Origin: Candidatus Iainarchaeum sp.
Lineage (GTDB): Archaea > Iainarchaeota > Iainarchaeia > Iainarchaeales > DTGL01
DNA length: 64,000 nt
Direction: 5' to 3'
NCBI GenBank assembly: GCA_026396995.1
Contig: JAPLVS010000045.1
Location: 31,519 to 95,518 of the forward strand
Shown here: piece by piece, positions 37,861-48,000 of the stretch
How the letters are laid out: every line of letters starts with the position of its first letter
Position numbering within the stretch: the stretch's first letter is position 1
Notes under the pieces: generated by a model
The model's database searches: none
Seen by the model: only the letters and a program-made list of their open reading frames with translations
Told to the model about the DNA's origin: nothing
Position numbers and translations under genes: made by a program

Positions 37861-37913
37861 CGCCTAAAAAAAAGACAGAAAAGAATTTATTTGTAGAAGG
37901 CTTCATTGTATAC

Positions 37914-38852
37914 ATGAAAAGGGGTTCGGTGGAAAGGCATAAATCGAATGCAGGCAAATACATTGTTGCAGTGCTGATACTTGCAATCGCAGCATTCCTT
38001 GTATACAATTTCTTTAAGCCAGGCGAGCCGGAAATAGTGCCCTCTGATGAAACCACGACAATTTCCGACGAGCCTTCTTGGGACCACCCGGTTTCGACCT
38101 CTTATTTTTACATCGGCGACTTCTTTTTTGGGGGCAGCGATGACGAAGTCCATAACCTGTCATATTTTTATTTCAGCGATTTCAACGAGGGGGCCGCAGT
38201 GGTCGGCGTTGACACGAACGATTTCTATTTCGTGCTTGACCCTGATTCAGACCGGTTCGGAGTCGTAAGCGACTGGGAAGCTGATTTGGGGATATATTCT
38301 TTCACGCCTGGAAAAATTTCAACAGAAACGATTTCTTTCGGGCAATATCCTGTAAGATACAATTATTATGTTTCTTCGGACCGCGAAAGGCTTTTCCTGT
38401 TTTTGAGCGCGCAGGATTTCCCGATGCAGTTCAGCAAAACAATGTGGTTCAAGGGAACAGACTCCACTGATTCCGGTTCGCCTGGCCTGCCCTATTTCCT
38501 GCCATCGCTGGACGAATTCGGCTATGTGAAAGGCCAGAAGCCTGGCACCGCAATCTTTTCCTTTGATGAGGACGAGGACGGCAAAGAGGACATCTTTTAC
38601 TACATGGATACCTTGTACTGGGCACCGATAGAGCCAGGCTCAAGGGATTCCTACCAGTGGCAGGTTGTTTTCCCGCACAACGGGAGAAAACTTGGCTTCA
38701 ACCTCTTGGAAGGAAACGAAATGAAAATTGATTCTTACGGTTCGCTCATGCGCAGGGGCCTCAATGTGTTCTATGTCACAATGCCTGCCAAGAACCTGCC
38801 TTTGCCGTCGCCGACAGAAGAAGACTGGATTCCAGAAGAAGAAACCGCTTAA
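37914..38852 (+). CDS. Membrane-anchored acidic extracellular protein, hypothetical
   Basis: N-terminal TM anchor IVAVLILAIAAFLVYNFF, D/E/S-rich ectodomain. Confidence 0.45.
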   Translation: MKRGSVERHKSNAGKYIVAVLILAIAAFLVYNFFKPGEPEIVPSDETTTISDEPSWDHPVSTSYFYIGDFFFGGSDDEVHNLSYFYFSDFNEGAAVVGVDTNDFYFVLDPDSDRFGVVSDWEADLGIYSFTPGKISTETISFGQYPVRYNYYVSSDRERLFLFLSAQDFPMQFSKTMWFKGTDSTDSGSPGLPYFLPSLDEFGYVKGQKPGTAIFSFDEDEDGKEDIFYYMDTLYWAPIEPGSRDSYQWQVVFPHNGRKLGFNLLEGNEMKIDSYGSLMRRGLNVFYVTMPAKNLPLPSPTEEDWIPEEETA

Positions 38853-38965
38853 CTCTCTTGCACAGCATGGGAATTACATCGCGACAGCAGGGAAAGAAGA
38901 AACCGCTTAACCCTCAGGCACAGCCAATGGAAGGCACCGCGATGCGGCTGATAATAGAAAATGGC

Positions 38966-39475
38966 TTAGTCCTCTGCCGCAGGGGACAATGCCTCAACCG
39001 CAAGGTTTTTCGCAAACTCTTTCGCGAAAGCCAGCTTTTTCTCGTCAAGCTCGAAAATCGACCTTAAGACAAGCGAGTCAGCGACCTTTGCAGCCTTTGT
39101 GGTGAGAATACTGGACATTGTTTTTATTGTTGTGCCAGGAAAGCCGACACATGTGACAAAAAGAGCGAAATTCTTGCCCTTGGTGTTCTGCATTTCCCTC
39201 AAAAAAGTCGTCATTAAAGGCGTGGGCTTATAGGTCCAGACAGGCGTGCCGACAACAACCAAATCGAATTTCTTTGCGTCCATCTGGCCTTCCTTCAACT
39301 CTATTTTTTTCTTTTTCCTGAACTCTTTCATGTGATGGAACCATTTCTTTGATTTTTTTGCAAGGACAGGGTGCACTTCTGTCTGCCAGCCCATTTTCTC
39401 GAATTCCTGCCTTAACGTGCCGGCAACCTTTGCATTCGACCTGCTTTCAGCCTGGAAAGCAATCAGGACCCGCAT
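38966..39475 (-). CDS. Flavodoxin-like fold protein
   Basis: MRVLIAF...DLVVVGTPVWTYKPTPLMTTF: flavodoxin-like FMN loop pattern. Confidence 0.5.
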   Translation of the reverse strand: MRVLIAFQAESRSNAKVAGTLRQEFEKMGWQTEVHPVLAKKSKKWFHHMKEFRKKKKIELKEGQMDAKKFDLVVVGTPVWTYKPTPLMTTFLREMQNTKGKNFALFVTCVGFPGTTIKTMSSILTTKAAKVADSLVLRSIFELDEKKLAFAKEFAKNLAVEALSPAAED

Positions 39476-39503
39476 TCCACCACCGCAAAAAACATCAAAT
39501 CGC

Positions 39504-39602
39504 CCTAATAAAATGCATTCAGGAAGTTAAAAACATTTTCCCTGCCCCAAAAATGCCCAAAGCATCAGTTAAATGCCTTAAGGAAGTTAAAAACGTTTTC
39601 CC
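39504..39602. repeat. Two ~35-bp direct repeats (duplication of the 3' end of the deacetylase gene)
   Basis: aatgcattcaggaagttaaaaacattttccctgcccc / aatgccttaaggaagttaaaaacgttttccccgagcgc, 63 bp apart. Confidence 0.5.
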
Positions 39603-40452
39603 CGAGCGCATTAAGGTCATATCCGCCCTCCAGAACCCCAAAAGACGGCTTTCCTATCTCCCTCAATGTTTTCCCTATTTCAAAAAAAGTCTGCGGCTTC
39701 ATTATCCTCAAATCGGTGCCGACCACCAAATCAGTGTAAAAAATATCAAAGCCTGCTGAAATCGCCACCATGTCCGGCCTGAAGGATTTCGCCACGACCA
39801 GGGTTTCCTGCTTGAAGATGTGCAGGAAGTCCTCGTCGCTTGCCCCTGGCATCAAATCCACTTTTTTGGTGGTATCGCTCTCCATGCCGAGATTCTTCCA
39901 TGGATAAATCGTATTGGGATTCTGGTGGAAAGACAAATAGAAAACGCTGTCATCGTGCTCGAATATTTCAAGCGTGCCCTGCCCAAGGTGCACATCGAAA
40001 TCAACAATAAGCACTTTTTTCGCAAGGCCTTCCTTTTGCGCCTTCCTCACGGCAAAAGCGATGTTGTTCAGATAGCAGAATCCCCCGAAAGTCCTTATGC
40101 CTGCATGGTGGCCGGGGGGTCTTCCAAGCGAAAAAGCGAATTCCTTTTCGCAGGCCCTTGCCGCATCCAATGCAGCGCCCGCACTGAGAAGGGACAATTC
40201 ATAAGTGTTTTCATTGAATGGATTATCCGGAACTGAAAGCAGGCGCTTGGAGCGCAGTTTCAGTTCGTCCAAAAGGCATTGCTCGTGCACTAACAGCATG
40301 TCTTTTTCGAGAGCCGGCTTCGGTTCAATGAAATCCTTTTCATTGAAGCCCTTTTTTTTCAGGAAACCAGTGATTGCGGTTAGCCTTCCAGGGCATTCGG
40401 GGTTCCTGAAAGTAAGGTGTTCCAAAAACTTTTTCGAATAAAAAAGCTTCAT
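39565..40452 (-). CDS. Histone deacetylase-family (arginase/deacetylase superfamily) hydrolase
   Basis: GFCYLNNIAFAV, DFDVHLGQGT, HHAG blocks typical of HDAC/AcuC. Confidence 0.8.
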   Translation of the reverse strand: MKLFYSKKFLEHLTFRNPECPGRLTAITGFLKKKGFNEKDFIEPKPALEKDMLLVHEQCLLDELKLRSKRLLSVPDNPFNENTYELSLLSAGAALDAARACEKEFAFSLGRPPGHHAGIRTFGGFCYLNNIAFAVRKAQKEGLAKKVLIVDFDVHLGQGTLEIFEHDDSVFYLSFHQNPNTIYPWKNLGMESDTTKKVDLMPGASDEDFLHIFKQETLVVAKSFRPDMVAISAGFDIFYTDLVVGTDLRIMKPQTFFEIGKTLREIGKPSFGVLEGGYDLNALGENVFNFLKAFN

Positions 40453-40741
40453 TTTTGCAACTCCGGGTTGTTTACGACCACTTTAAATTGATTATTTTGG
40501 GTAATATTATTATGGCTTTCGAAAACCTTCTTGTGCTCGGGATAGGCTTTCTCCTCACAATAGGCATTGTCAAGGCAAGCGCGCAAATGGCCTACAAGAG
40601 GGAAGTAAGGTGGGGCGAGGCCTTCATGCAATGGCTTTTGCTGTTGGTGTTCGCATTCGTGGTCGGCATGGTGCTTGGCATCCTCAACGTTGGCATCAGC
40701 GTTTCCAGCATCCTTGGAGCGCTGGGCTGAAAATCAAGGTC

Positions 40742-41635
40742 ATGGTCGCCATGATTCAGCGGGATGTTTTGCAGAAAAAATTCAAGGTTTTCATTGCACT
40801 GTCCGCATTCATCCTATTTCTGGAAGTCGCAGGCGGCATTTTTACGAACAGCCTGGCGCTGTTGAGCGATGCAGGCCATGTCCTTGTAGATTTGTCGGCT
40901 TTTATGCTGGCTTATTATGCAATACGGCTCTCGATGAAAGAACCGACAAAAAAGTTCACATTCGGGTATTACAGGGCTGAGATTTTATCTGCCGCAGTCA
41001 ACGGCCTCATACTGGTTTTCGTTACCTTGTATATCTTTTACGAGGCATACAGGCGCTTCTTTTCCCCGTTGCAGATAAAAGGGCCTGAAATGCTTGCAAT
41101 TTCGGTTATCGGATTAATTGCCAATTTATATGTTGTAATAAAAATGCACAGCCATGAAAAAGAAAACTTGAATATCAGGGCCGCATACCTTCATGCTTTG
41201 ACAGACACTTTGTCCTCTGCCGGCGTTGTCATTGCAGGCGTGCTGATAATATTCACAGGCAATCCTGTTTTTGACAGCATAACCAGCGCAATAATCGGAT
41301 TGCTGATACTGATAGGTTCGCTGAGATTACTGGCAGAATCTGCGCATGTGCTTATGGAAGCGGCCCCAAAAAACATTAACCTGGAGCACGTGATGGCGGA
41401 CATCCAAAAAATGGATGGGGTGAGGGGCGTGCATGATTTGCACATATGGTGCATAACCTCTGACGTTTATGCCCTCAGCTCCCATATCCTGATTGACGCG
41501 AAAAACGCAAAGGCAATGAATAAAATAATCTCCGGCATAAACAAAATGCTCAAATCAAAATACAATATAACGCACACAACAATCCAATCCGAATGCCAGT
41601 GCTGCGCAGACGGAAAAAACAAGCACAGCCATTAA
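40742..41635 (+). CDS. Cation diffusion facilitator (CDF) metal efflux transporter
   Basis: LAYYAIRLS...HxxxD pattern in TM2/TM5 (SDAGHVLVD, HALTDT), 6 TM + cytoplasmic C-domain; start trimmed to MVAMIQ. Confidence 0.8.
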   Translation: MVAMIQRDVLQKKFKVFIALSAFILFLEVAGGIFTNSLALLSDAGHVLVDLSAFMLAYYAIRLSMKEPTKKFTFGYYRAEILSAAVNGLILVFVTLYIFYEAYRRFFSPLQIKGPEMLAISVIGLIANLYVVIKMHSHEKENLNIRAAYLHALTDTLSSAGVVIAGVLIIFTGNPVFDSITSAIIGLLILIGSLRLLAESAHVLMEAAPKNINLEHVMADIQKMDGVRGVHDLHIWCITSDVYALSSHILIDAKNAKAMNKIISGINKMLKSKYNITHTTIQSECQCCADGKNKHSH

Positions 41636-41720
41636 GCCTTTTTGCAGGAATGGCTCCAAAAAAAACAGAAGTGCGGAGCAGCGACTTTTTGGTAGCGTTC
41701 TATTTCAGCGTGTTTCAGAA

Positions 41721-42554
41721 TCATTTCGATTTTTGCCTTGCCATGCGCCTCAATGCAAGGGCTGTCTTTCTTGGAATGCGCCCTTTCACGGTTGTGCCTG
41801 CCTTTGACCTGCCCCCATAGGCTCCAACCTTTGCCCCTGCTCTTTCTTGGGGCCACTCAGCTTCAGCCGCGAACTCCTCTCCATTCCGCAATGCTACGTC
41901 CCTGTATTCCCCTATTGCCTGTTTTGTCCCTTGCCTGCCCCTATGACGTTGCGCTTGACCGGATCTTTTTGTTCCAGTAATCCCGCGACCGCTTATTCCC
42001 TCAATTTTGCCAATATTTGTCAAATCGCCCCTCAACTTCAAAATCTTGGGATTCAAGAGTTCTCTAATTCTTAGAGCCTCTATGCTGCGTTTATCGTATC
42101 GCACTTCAGTGTCATGAATTTGGTTTCTTAATTTGAAAATTTCATCCAGTTTCCTTGAAGCAGGGTCAATCCTTCTTTTCCTTCTCTGAGGCCTTCCCTT
42201 TGACGGCTCATGGGCAGCCAAGTCACGGTTGTCAACGCCAACCATCCTGCTCCTAATAACGCCATCATACAATTCGACTGGTTTCCTGCTCTTGCCATCC
42301 CGATCATAAACAGTAACTGACTTTTCAATCCTTCGCACTGTGCTCTGGGAAATGTGAACAGTAGAACTCCTTTTTCCTGCATTGGCAATCTCGCCCTTTT
42401 CCCCTTTGAACGAACCGCCGGCTATGCGAACCTTTTCTCCTTTAGTGAAAGGAACACTTGCAGGCTTCCTGGTTTCCCGCCTGCGAGCTGGCTGTCTCCT
42501 CGAAAAGCTTTGTTGGCGCATCATTAAAATAAGGAGGGAAAAAATTAATAACAC
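41721..42554 (-). CDS. Basic KOW-motif protein, hypothetical
   Basis: KGEKVRIAGGSFKGEKGEIAN KOW-like motif; extremely Arg/Lys-rich. Confidence 0.35.
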   Translation of the reverse strand: MLLIFSLLILMMRQQSFSRRQPARRRETRKPASVPFTKGEKVRIAGGSFKGEKGEIANAGKRSSTVHISQSTVRRIEKSVTVYDRDGKSRKPVELYDGVIRSRMVGVDNRDLAAHEPSKGRPQRRKRRIDPASRKLDEIFKLRNQIHDTEVRYDKRSIEALRIRELLNPKILKLRGDLTNIGKIEGISGRGITGTKRSGQAQRHRGRQGTKQAIGEYRDVALRNGEEFAAEAEWPQERAGAKVGAYGGRSKAGTTVKGRIPRKTALALRRMARQKSK

Positions 42555-42582
42555 ACCACAAAAACCAGAGGGAACAAAATGA

Positions 42583-42616
42583 TGCGGAGCAGCAGATTCG
42601 AACTGCTGAAGGCGCT
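42583..42616 (-). repeat. 34-bp partial copy of tRNA-Leu 3' end (att-like direct repeat)
   Basis: tgcggagcagcagattcgaactgctgaaggcgct vs 43879..43912 tgcggagtagcagattcgaactgctgaaggcact (32/34). Confidence 0.6.
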
Positions 42617-42685
42617 ATTCGGGCATATTTAAGGGGTTACGTTATAGCGTAACCCTTTATATACTCTTAGGCGCATTATTTTTTC

Positions 42686-43888
42686 ATGCTTTCAGGCGAT
42701 TACAAGGGGTTGTTGGATAAATGGGTTTTGAGGGAAAAAACCCATAAACGGGACGTCGAGGACGAAATTCTGCCTTTTATAAGCCGCAAAAACGTGGTTT
42801 TTTTGTTCGGGCCGAGGCGCGCCGGAAAATCCGTTGTTGCCAGGAGGCTCCTGGAGAGGATGCCGAAAGGCTCAAATACAAGGTACGTCAACTTGGAAGA
42901 CCCAAAACTAATAAATTCCCTGAACACTGATCTGATGGAGTCTTTTGCGGAAGGGCTTGAGGCAGACGACACGATTGTTTTTGACGAGGTTCAGCTTATC
43001 CCGGGCTGGGAAAAATGGGCAAGGAAAGCGGTCGATACAAGGCAATGCCAGATAATAGTGACAGGTTCATCGGCAAAGCTTTTGAGCGGCGAGTTTGCCT
43101 CTTCCCTTGGCGGGAGGGACATTGGCTTTCAGATACTGCCTTTTTCTTTCGCCGAATTCCGCAGGATAACCAAAAAAGGGCTGGATGAATACCTGAAAAC
43201 TGGCGGTTATCCGGAGGTTGTCCTGAATCCGGAGAAAAAAGAAAAACTGCTGGAATCATATTTCGAGCTTGCGCTTATAAAAGACATTGTGACACGATAT
43301 CAGGTAAGGGATTCGGCCGCACTAAGGAATATGGCTTTTTACTTGCTGACCAATTCCGGAAAACAGGTAAGCCTTAAAGGGATAAGAAGCGTTCTCGGGC
43401 TGTCATATGACACGATAAAGCAATTCCTGGATTACCTGGAATCGGCTTTTCTTGTGTTCCAAGTGCCGTTCTTTTCTTACTCGATGAAAGAATCCCTCAC
43501 AAGAGCCAGGAAAGTCTATGCCTTTGACCTCGGAATGCAGCAATATGCATCCAGGTCTTTCACCGAGGACAAGGGAAGGCTGGCCGAAGCGGCAGCCGCA
43601 ATAGAGCTAAAACGCAGGCAATTTGAAATCTTTTACTGGAAAAACTCAAAAGAAACCGACCTTGTGGCAAAAAAGAAAACCAAGGTGATGCCAATAAACG
43701 TCTGTTTCGCGGAAACAATCCCCGCAAGGGAAAAAGACGGGCTCATTGAATTCTGCAAAAAAAACAGGGCAAAAAAAGCGACAATACTGTACGCCGGAAA
43801 AACAGCGAAAACCAGCCAGGAAAACATCGAAATAGAAACAAAAAACCTGCAGGAATGGCTCCTGGAAAAAAATAGCAGTGCGGAGTAG
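42686..43888 (+). CDS. AAA_14/DUF4143-type ATPase
   Basis: Walker A GPRRAGKS, Walker B IVFDEVQ, C-terminal DUF4143-like region; sits between the tRNA-Leu and its partial direct repeat. Confidence 0.75.
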   Translation: MLSGDYKGLLDKWVLREKTHKRDVEDEILPFISRKNVVFLFGPRRAGKSVVARRLLERMPKGSNTRYVNLEDPKLINSLNTDLMESFAEGLEADDTIVFDEVQLIPGWEKWARKAVDTRQCQIIVTGSSAKLLSGEFASSLGGRDIGFQILPFSFAEFRRITKKGLDEYLKTGGYPEVVLNPEKKEKLLESYFELALIKDIVTRYQVRDSAALRNMAFYLLTNSGKQVSLKGIRSVLGLSYDTIKQFLDYLESAFLVFQVPFFSYSMKESLTRARKVYAFDLGMQQYASRSFTEDKGRLAEAAAAIELKRRQFEIFYWKNSKETDLVAKKKTKVMPINVCFAETIPAREKDGLIEFCKKNRAKKATILYAGKTAKTSQENIEIETKNLQEWLLEKNSSAE

Positions 43889-43962
43889 CAGATTCGAACT
43901 GCTGAAGGCACTAAGCCACAAGGCCCTCAACCTTGCCGGTTAGACCGCTCCCGTAACTCCGC
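43879..43962 (-). tRNA. tRNA-Leu (anticodon GAG)
   Basis: GCGGAGT-TA-CGG-GAGCGGTCTAA-CCG-G-CAAGG-TTGAGGG-CCTTG-long variable arm TGGCTTAGTGCCTTC-AGCAG-TTCGAAT-CTGCT-ACTCCGC-A. Confidence 0.8.
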
Positions 43963-44031
43963 AGTATAAGAATATTGGAAACCATGGCTTTTAAGCCTTT
44001 CCAAAAGCCGGTTTTTCGCCTGATTGTTTTG

Positions 44032-44445
44032 TCACTTGAATGCTTTCGAAATCTTTTTCCTGTACAGGTCAATTTCGCCTTCTTCGTAGGCGCGCTTCGG
44101 CCACCTGAAGCCTGCCGCGTCGCCTTCATAGCGCGGAATCACGTGCAGGTGGAAGTGCATTACGACCTGGCCTGCTGCGCGGCCGTTGGACTGCAAAATG
44201 TTGATTCCTTCAGGCTTCAGGGATTTTTGGAGTGCCGCGGCGACCTTTTTTGCAGCCGCAGCGACAGCCTTCAGTTCAGTTTCAGGGATATCGGAAATGT
44301 TCGAATAATGCTTTTTCGGTATCACCAAAGCGTGGCCTTTATTCACCGGCGCAATATCAAGGAATGCCAAAACCTTTTTGCCCTCGTAGATTTTTGCGCT
44401 CGGGATTTTGCCTTCGGCTATCCTGCAGAAAATGCAGTCCTTCAA
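44032..44445 (-). CDS. HIT-family (histidine triad) nucleotide hydrolase
   Basis: HFHLHVIPR histidine triad, IFCRIAEGKIP N-terminus. Confidence 0.85.
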   Translation of the reverse strand: MKDCIFCRIAEGKIPSAKIYEGKKVLAFLDIAPVNKGHALVIPKKHYSNISDIPETELKAVAAAAKKVAAALQKSLKPEGINILQSNGRAAGQVVMHFHLHVIPRYEGDAAGFRWPKRAYEEGEIDLYRKKISKAFK

Positions 44446-44463
44446 TCTGTCACTTCCCTGAAT

Positions 44464-44835
44464 TCACGCGATTCTTATCTGGGCCATGTTCACTTTCCTG
44501 AAGGTCAGCGAAACCGGGCCGGCTGCGACAGCGTCCTTGAGGGTGCCGTGCACAGGGCCTGTCCCGTTGCCCCTAACTATAATGGACAAATCCCAAAGGA
44601 AGCCGTCAGTCAAAGCGTGGATTTTCCCGCTCATTGAGCCGATCTCGTAAGACCTGCCGGTCATATCCCTTTGCAGGCTGCAGGTTTTGCCTATCACCGA
44701 AATCGCGAAATTCTTTATGCTGCCCGAAGCCTCTACCGGCACAAACAGCCTGATGTCCTTTTCGGTCATTACTTTCTGCACTGCCTGCATTACGTTCTCG
44801 TTGTCGTTGACTTTAACCTCTACCAACTCTTGCAT
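44464..44835 (-). CDS. Hypothetical protein
   Basis: ORF; start trimmed to MQELVEV; no confident motif. Confidence 0.35.
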   Translation of the reverse strand: MQELVEVKVNDNENVMQAVQKVMTEKDIRLFVPVEASGSIKNFAISVIGKTCSLQRDMTGRSYEIGSMSGKIHALTDGFLWDLSIIVRGNGTGPVHGTLKDAVAAGPVSLTFRKVNMAQIRIA

Positions 44836-44893
44836 TGCTCTATCACCCCAAGAAGACAATTGAAAAAACGAATATAACAAAGGGAAAGAATCA

Positions 44894-45070
44894 TTTAAAA
44901 CCTTTTGCAGGGCTGTTTTCAGCCTGCCTGAACGCCAAGACAAATCAATGGCTTAAAACTTTGCGCAGGCTGTTTTCGCCATGCCAGAATCCGCCAAGGC
45001 AAATCAACGGTTTAAAACCTTTTGGAAGCCGATTCGGGCTTTCCCGAACGTTCCCGCAAGTGCTTTAAAA
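44894..45070. repeat. Three imperfect ~58-bp tandem repeats immediately upstream of the A2M-like gene
   Basis: Units begin ttaaaac(c)ttt...gctgttttc.gcc.tgcc.gaa..gccaag.caaatcaa.gg; copies 1-2 ~80% identical, copy 3 more diverged; each carries a TATA-like tttaaaa. Confidence 0.6.
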
Positions 45071-45088
45071 ACCCCAGCGTTATATTGA

Positions 45089-48000
45089 TTGGGTGATTCT
45101 ATGAAAAAAACGCTTTCGTTACTGGTATTTTTGGCAATAATTTTGGTTCCCGCAACCGCAGCTGCAATGATGCAGACTGGAACGGCTGCAGCCGTACCTG
45201 TTGCAAACACAGGCGTGCAGGCCGAGGAAGGGAAAGGCGGAGTGGCCCCTGACTATTACAACCGCTATTTTTACATCAGCATAAGCGACAAGTTCATGCT
45301 CGGCGACAAGGTCGAAGCGCAGTTGTGCGGTTCAGGCCTTGCGACAGTTGAACTCTACAGGTTCGAGGACTTTTCAGCAATCTTCGACAGGTACAATTAC
45401 GGCATGAATGACACAAGCGATTTCATGAAAGGCGAAAAGCCCTTCAAAACCCTCACTGTACAGCTTGGAAACGGCCAGGACTGCCAGAAAGCGGATTTGC
45501 AGATAGAACAGGCAGGATTGTATTTCATAAAAGGCTATTCAACCGAATCGGACCAAAAGCCCACAGCGTTTTTTTCAGTCGAAGAAATCGCCTTCATGGC
45601 AAAAGAATCACCTGAAAAAATAGTATTCTATGCGGTTGATATCAAGACAGGAAAGCCGATTTCAGGCGCGGAAATAAAACTGCTCCAGCAGAAAACACCC
45701 ACGACACCGGAACAAAAGCCGGAAGCAACAGAAACAAGCCTTGGCTTCACCAATGATTTGGGATTATTCGAATGGCAGCAGGAAAAGCCTGCTTCAACAG
45801 ATTATTACCAGAGGCTCTTCATTGCAAAAAAAGACAATTCTTTCGCATATGTGCAAAGCTATTATTATGGCGGGGAAAGCGCCGAAAGGAAACAGGTTTA
45901 CCTTTTCACTGACCGCCCTATTTACAGGCCGAACCAGGAAGTGCACTTCAAGGGCATAGTCTGGGAAACAAGCACAGGCAAAAATGCCGCAGTTGCAAGC
46001 AAAACGCTTTCGGTTACGATAAGGGATTCGAAATGGAACGAGGTATTCAAGTCAGATTTTACAACCAATGAATTCGGCTCATTCGAAGGCTCTTTCAATC
46101 TCGCGGACGAGCCGCCTCTCGGGCAGTATTATATTGACGCAGCAATAAGCAAACCAGGGGAAGCCGAAGCCGGCTATTATTCAACCTCGGCTTCTTTCCA
46201 GGTGCAGGAATACCTGAAGCCTGAATTTGAAGTGACAGTGAACCCTTCCAAGGATGTTTTCATAGGCGGGGAAAAGGCGCGCGTCGAGATAAAGGCGGAA
46301 TACTTGTTCAAGGCGCCTGTGCAGGATGCGAAAGTGATGTACAGGGTTTATTCCTCATACTACCAGAGCCCGTGCTACGGCTACTGGAAATGCGTTTACT
46401 ACGACGAAGTGGCGGTTTCGCCTTACTCTTCTTACAGGTCTTACCCGTATTATGGCGGGCAAGAGCTTGTGACCGAAGGGGAAACAACCACTGACAGCGA
46501 GGGCAAGGCATTCCTAGAATTCGACACGAATGCAGACAGGGAAAAGCGCTACCAGATTGAAGCGACTGTTGTTGATGAAAGCAACCGCGAAGTGAAAGGC
46601 ACAGGCCAAATCACTGTTGCACCAGCAATGTTCAGGCTCACTGTAATGCCTGACAAGTGGTGGTACGCTGAAAACGAGGAGGTTGTGCTGAAAATCACAG
46701 CCGCAGACTTCGAGGGCGCAGCAGCGGAAACAAGCGCAACAGTGAAGGTTTTCTCGCTTAACTGGAACAGCACTTCAAGCGATTACGAACACACCCTGGT
46801 GAAAGAGGAAACAGCAAGCACAAGCGAAGGGAAAGCCGAAATAAGGCTCTCGCTCCCAACCGGAAATTATGCGGTGGAAGCATCAGCGCAGGATTCGAAA
46901 GGAAACACCGTGAAAGCCGAGAATTCATTCAGCGTCAGCTCTTATGAAAGCGAAAGCAAGGTGAAAGAAATAGAGGCAGCGCTTGACCGCGATTTCTATC
47001 TCCCAGGCGAACAGGCTGTGCTCACAATAACAATGCCTGAACCAGGATTCTACGCATTGATTTCGGTGGAAGGCAGGGGCATGTACCAGTACGAGGCGGT
47101 GTATTCTGCAGAAAACAGGCTTTCATACATCATTCCGGTTTCCACAGACTATGAGCCTAACGCCTTTGTTTCTGTGACAGGCGTGCAGGGCGGAAAGGTC
47201 TTCAACAAACAGCTTTCATTGAACGTGCCGCCGAAGGAAAAGAAAATAGATTTGAGCATCGAAACAGACGCGGAATATTACAGGCCAGGCGACAAGGCGC
47301 ACTATATAGTCAAAGCAACATCCGACGGCCAGCCTGTGGAAGCGGAATTCGCAGTAATGCTCGTTGATGAGGCAATCTACCAGCTCGCACAGGACAACAA
47401 GGAAGATATCTTCAAATTCTTCTTTGCGCCGGAATACAACAGAGTGAATACCCAGTGGAGCATAGGCGGGTATTATGGAGGCTATTACGGCATTAATGAA
47501 ATGGCTAAGGGCGGCGGAGGGGCCGTGCCAATGGCCACACCGACAACCCAAGCTGACAACGCAGCAAGGGACGGCGGAACAGCGTATGCCGCCGCAGAAA
47601 TAAGAAAGACCTTTTCTGACACGGCATTCTGGAAGGCATTCCTGAAAACGGATTCCACGGGAACTGCGGAATTCGATGTGGATTTGCCTGACAACCTCAC
47701 AACCTGGCGCGCTACAGTGATTGCGAATTCCGAAACAAAGGCAGGCGCACAGGAAGGCAAAATTGCAGTGACAAAAGATTTGCTTGCAAGGCTTATCCTT
47801 CCAAGGTTTGCTGTGAAAGGCGACGAATTTACTGTCACTGCAATCGTGCACAACAGTTTGCCTGAAATGAAAAACGTCCTGGTGAAAATCGAATCTGACA
47901 ACCTTGAATTCCCGGACGGGAACACAATAGAAATTACTGTTGCAAGCGGGAAAAGCGAAAAAGCTGAATTCAAGGCAATAGCGAAAAAATGCTGCTCTGC

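Noticed and set aside
43975-44637. 220-aa plus-strand ORF
   Set aside because: Antisense to a clear HIT-family gene (HFHLHVIP triad) on the minus strand (44032..44445). Low-complexity, Cys/Arg-rich translation. Treated as an antisense artefact.
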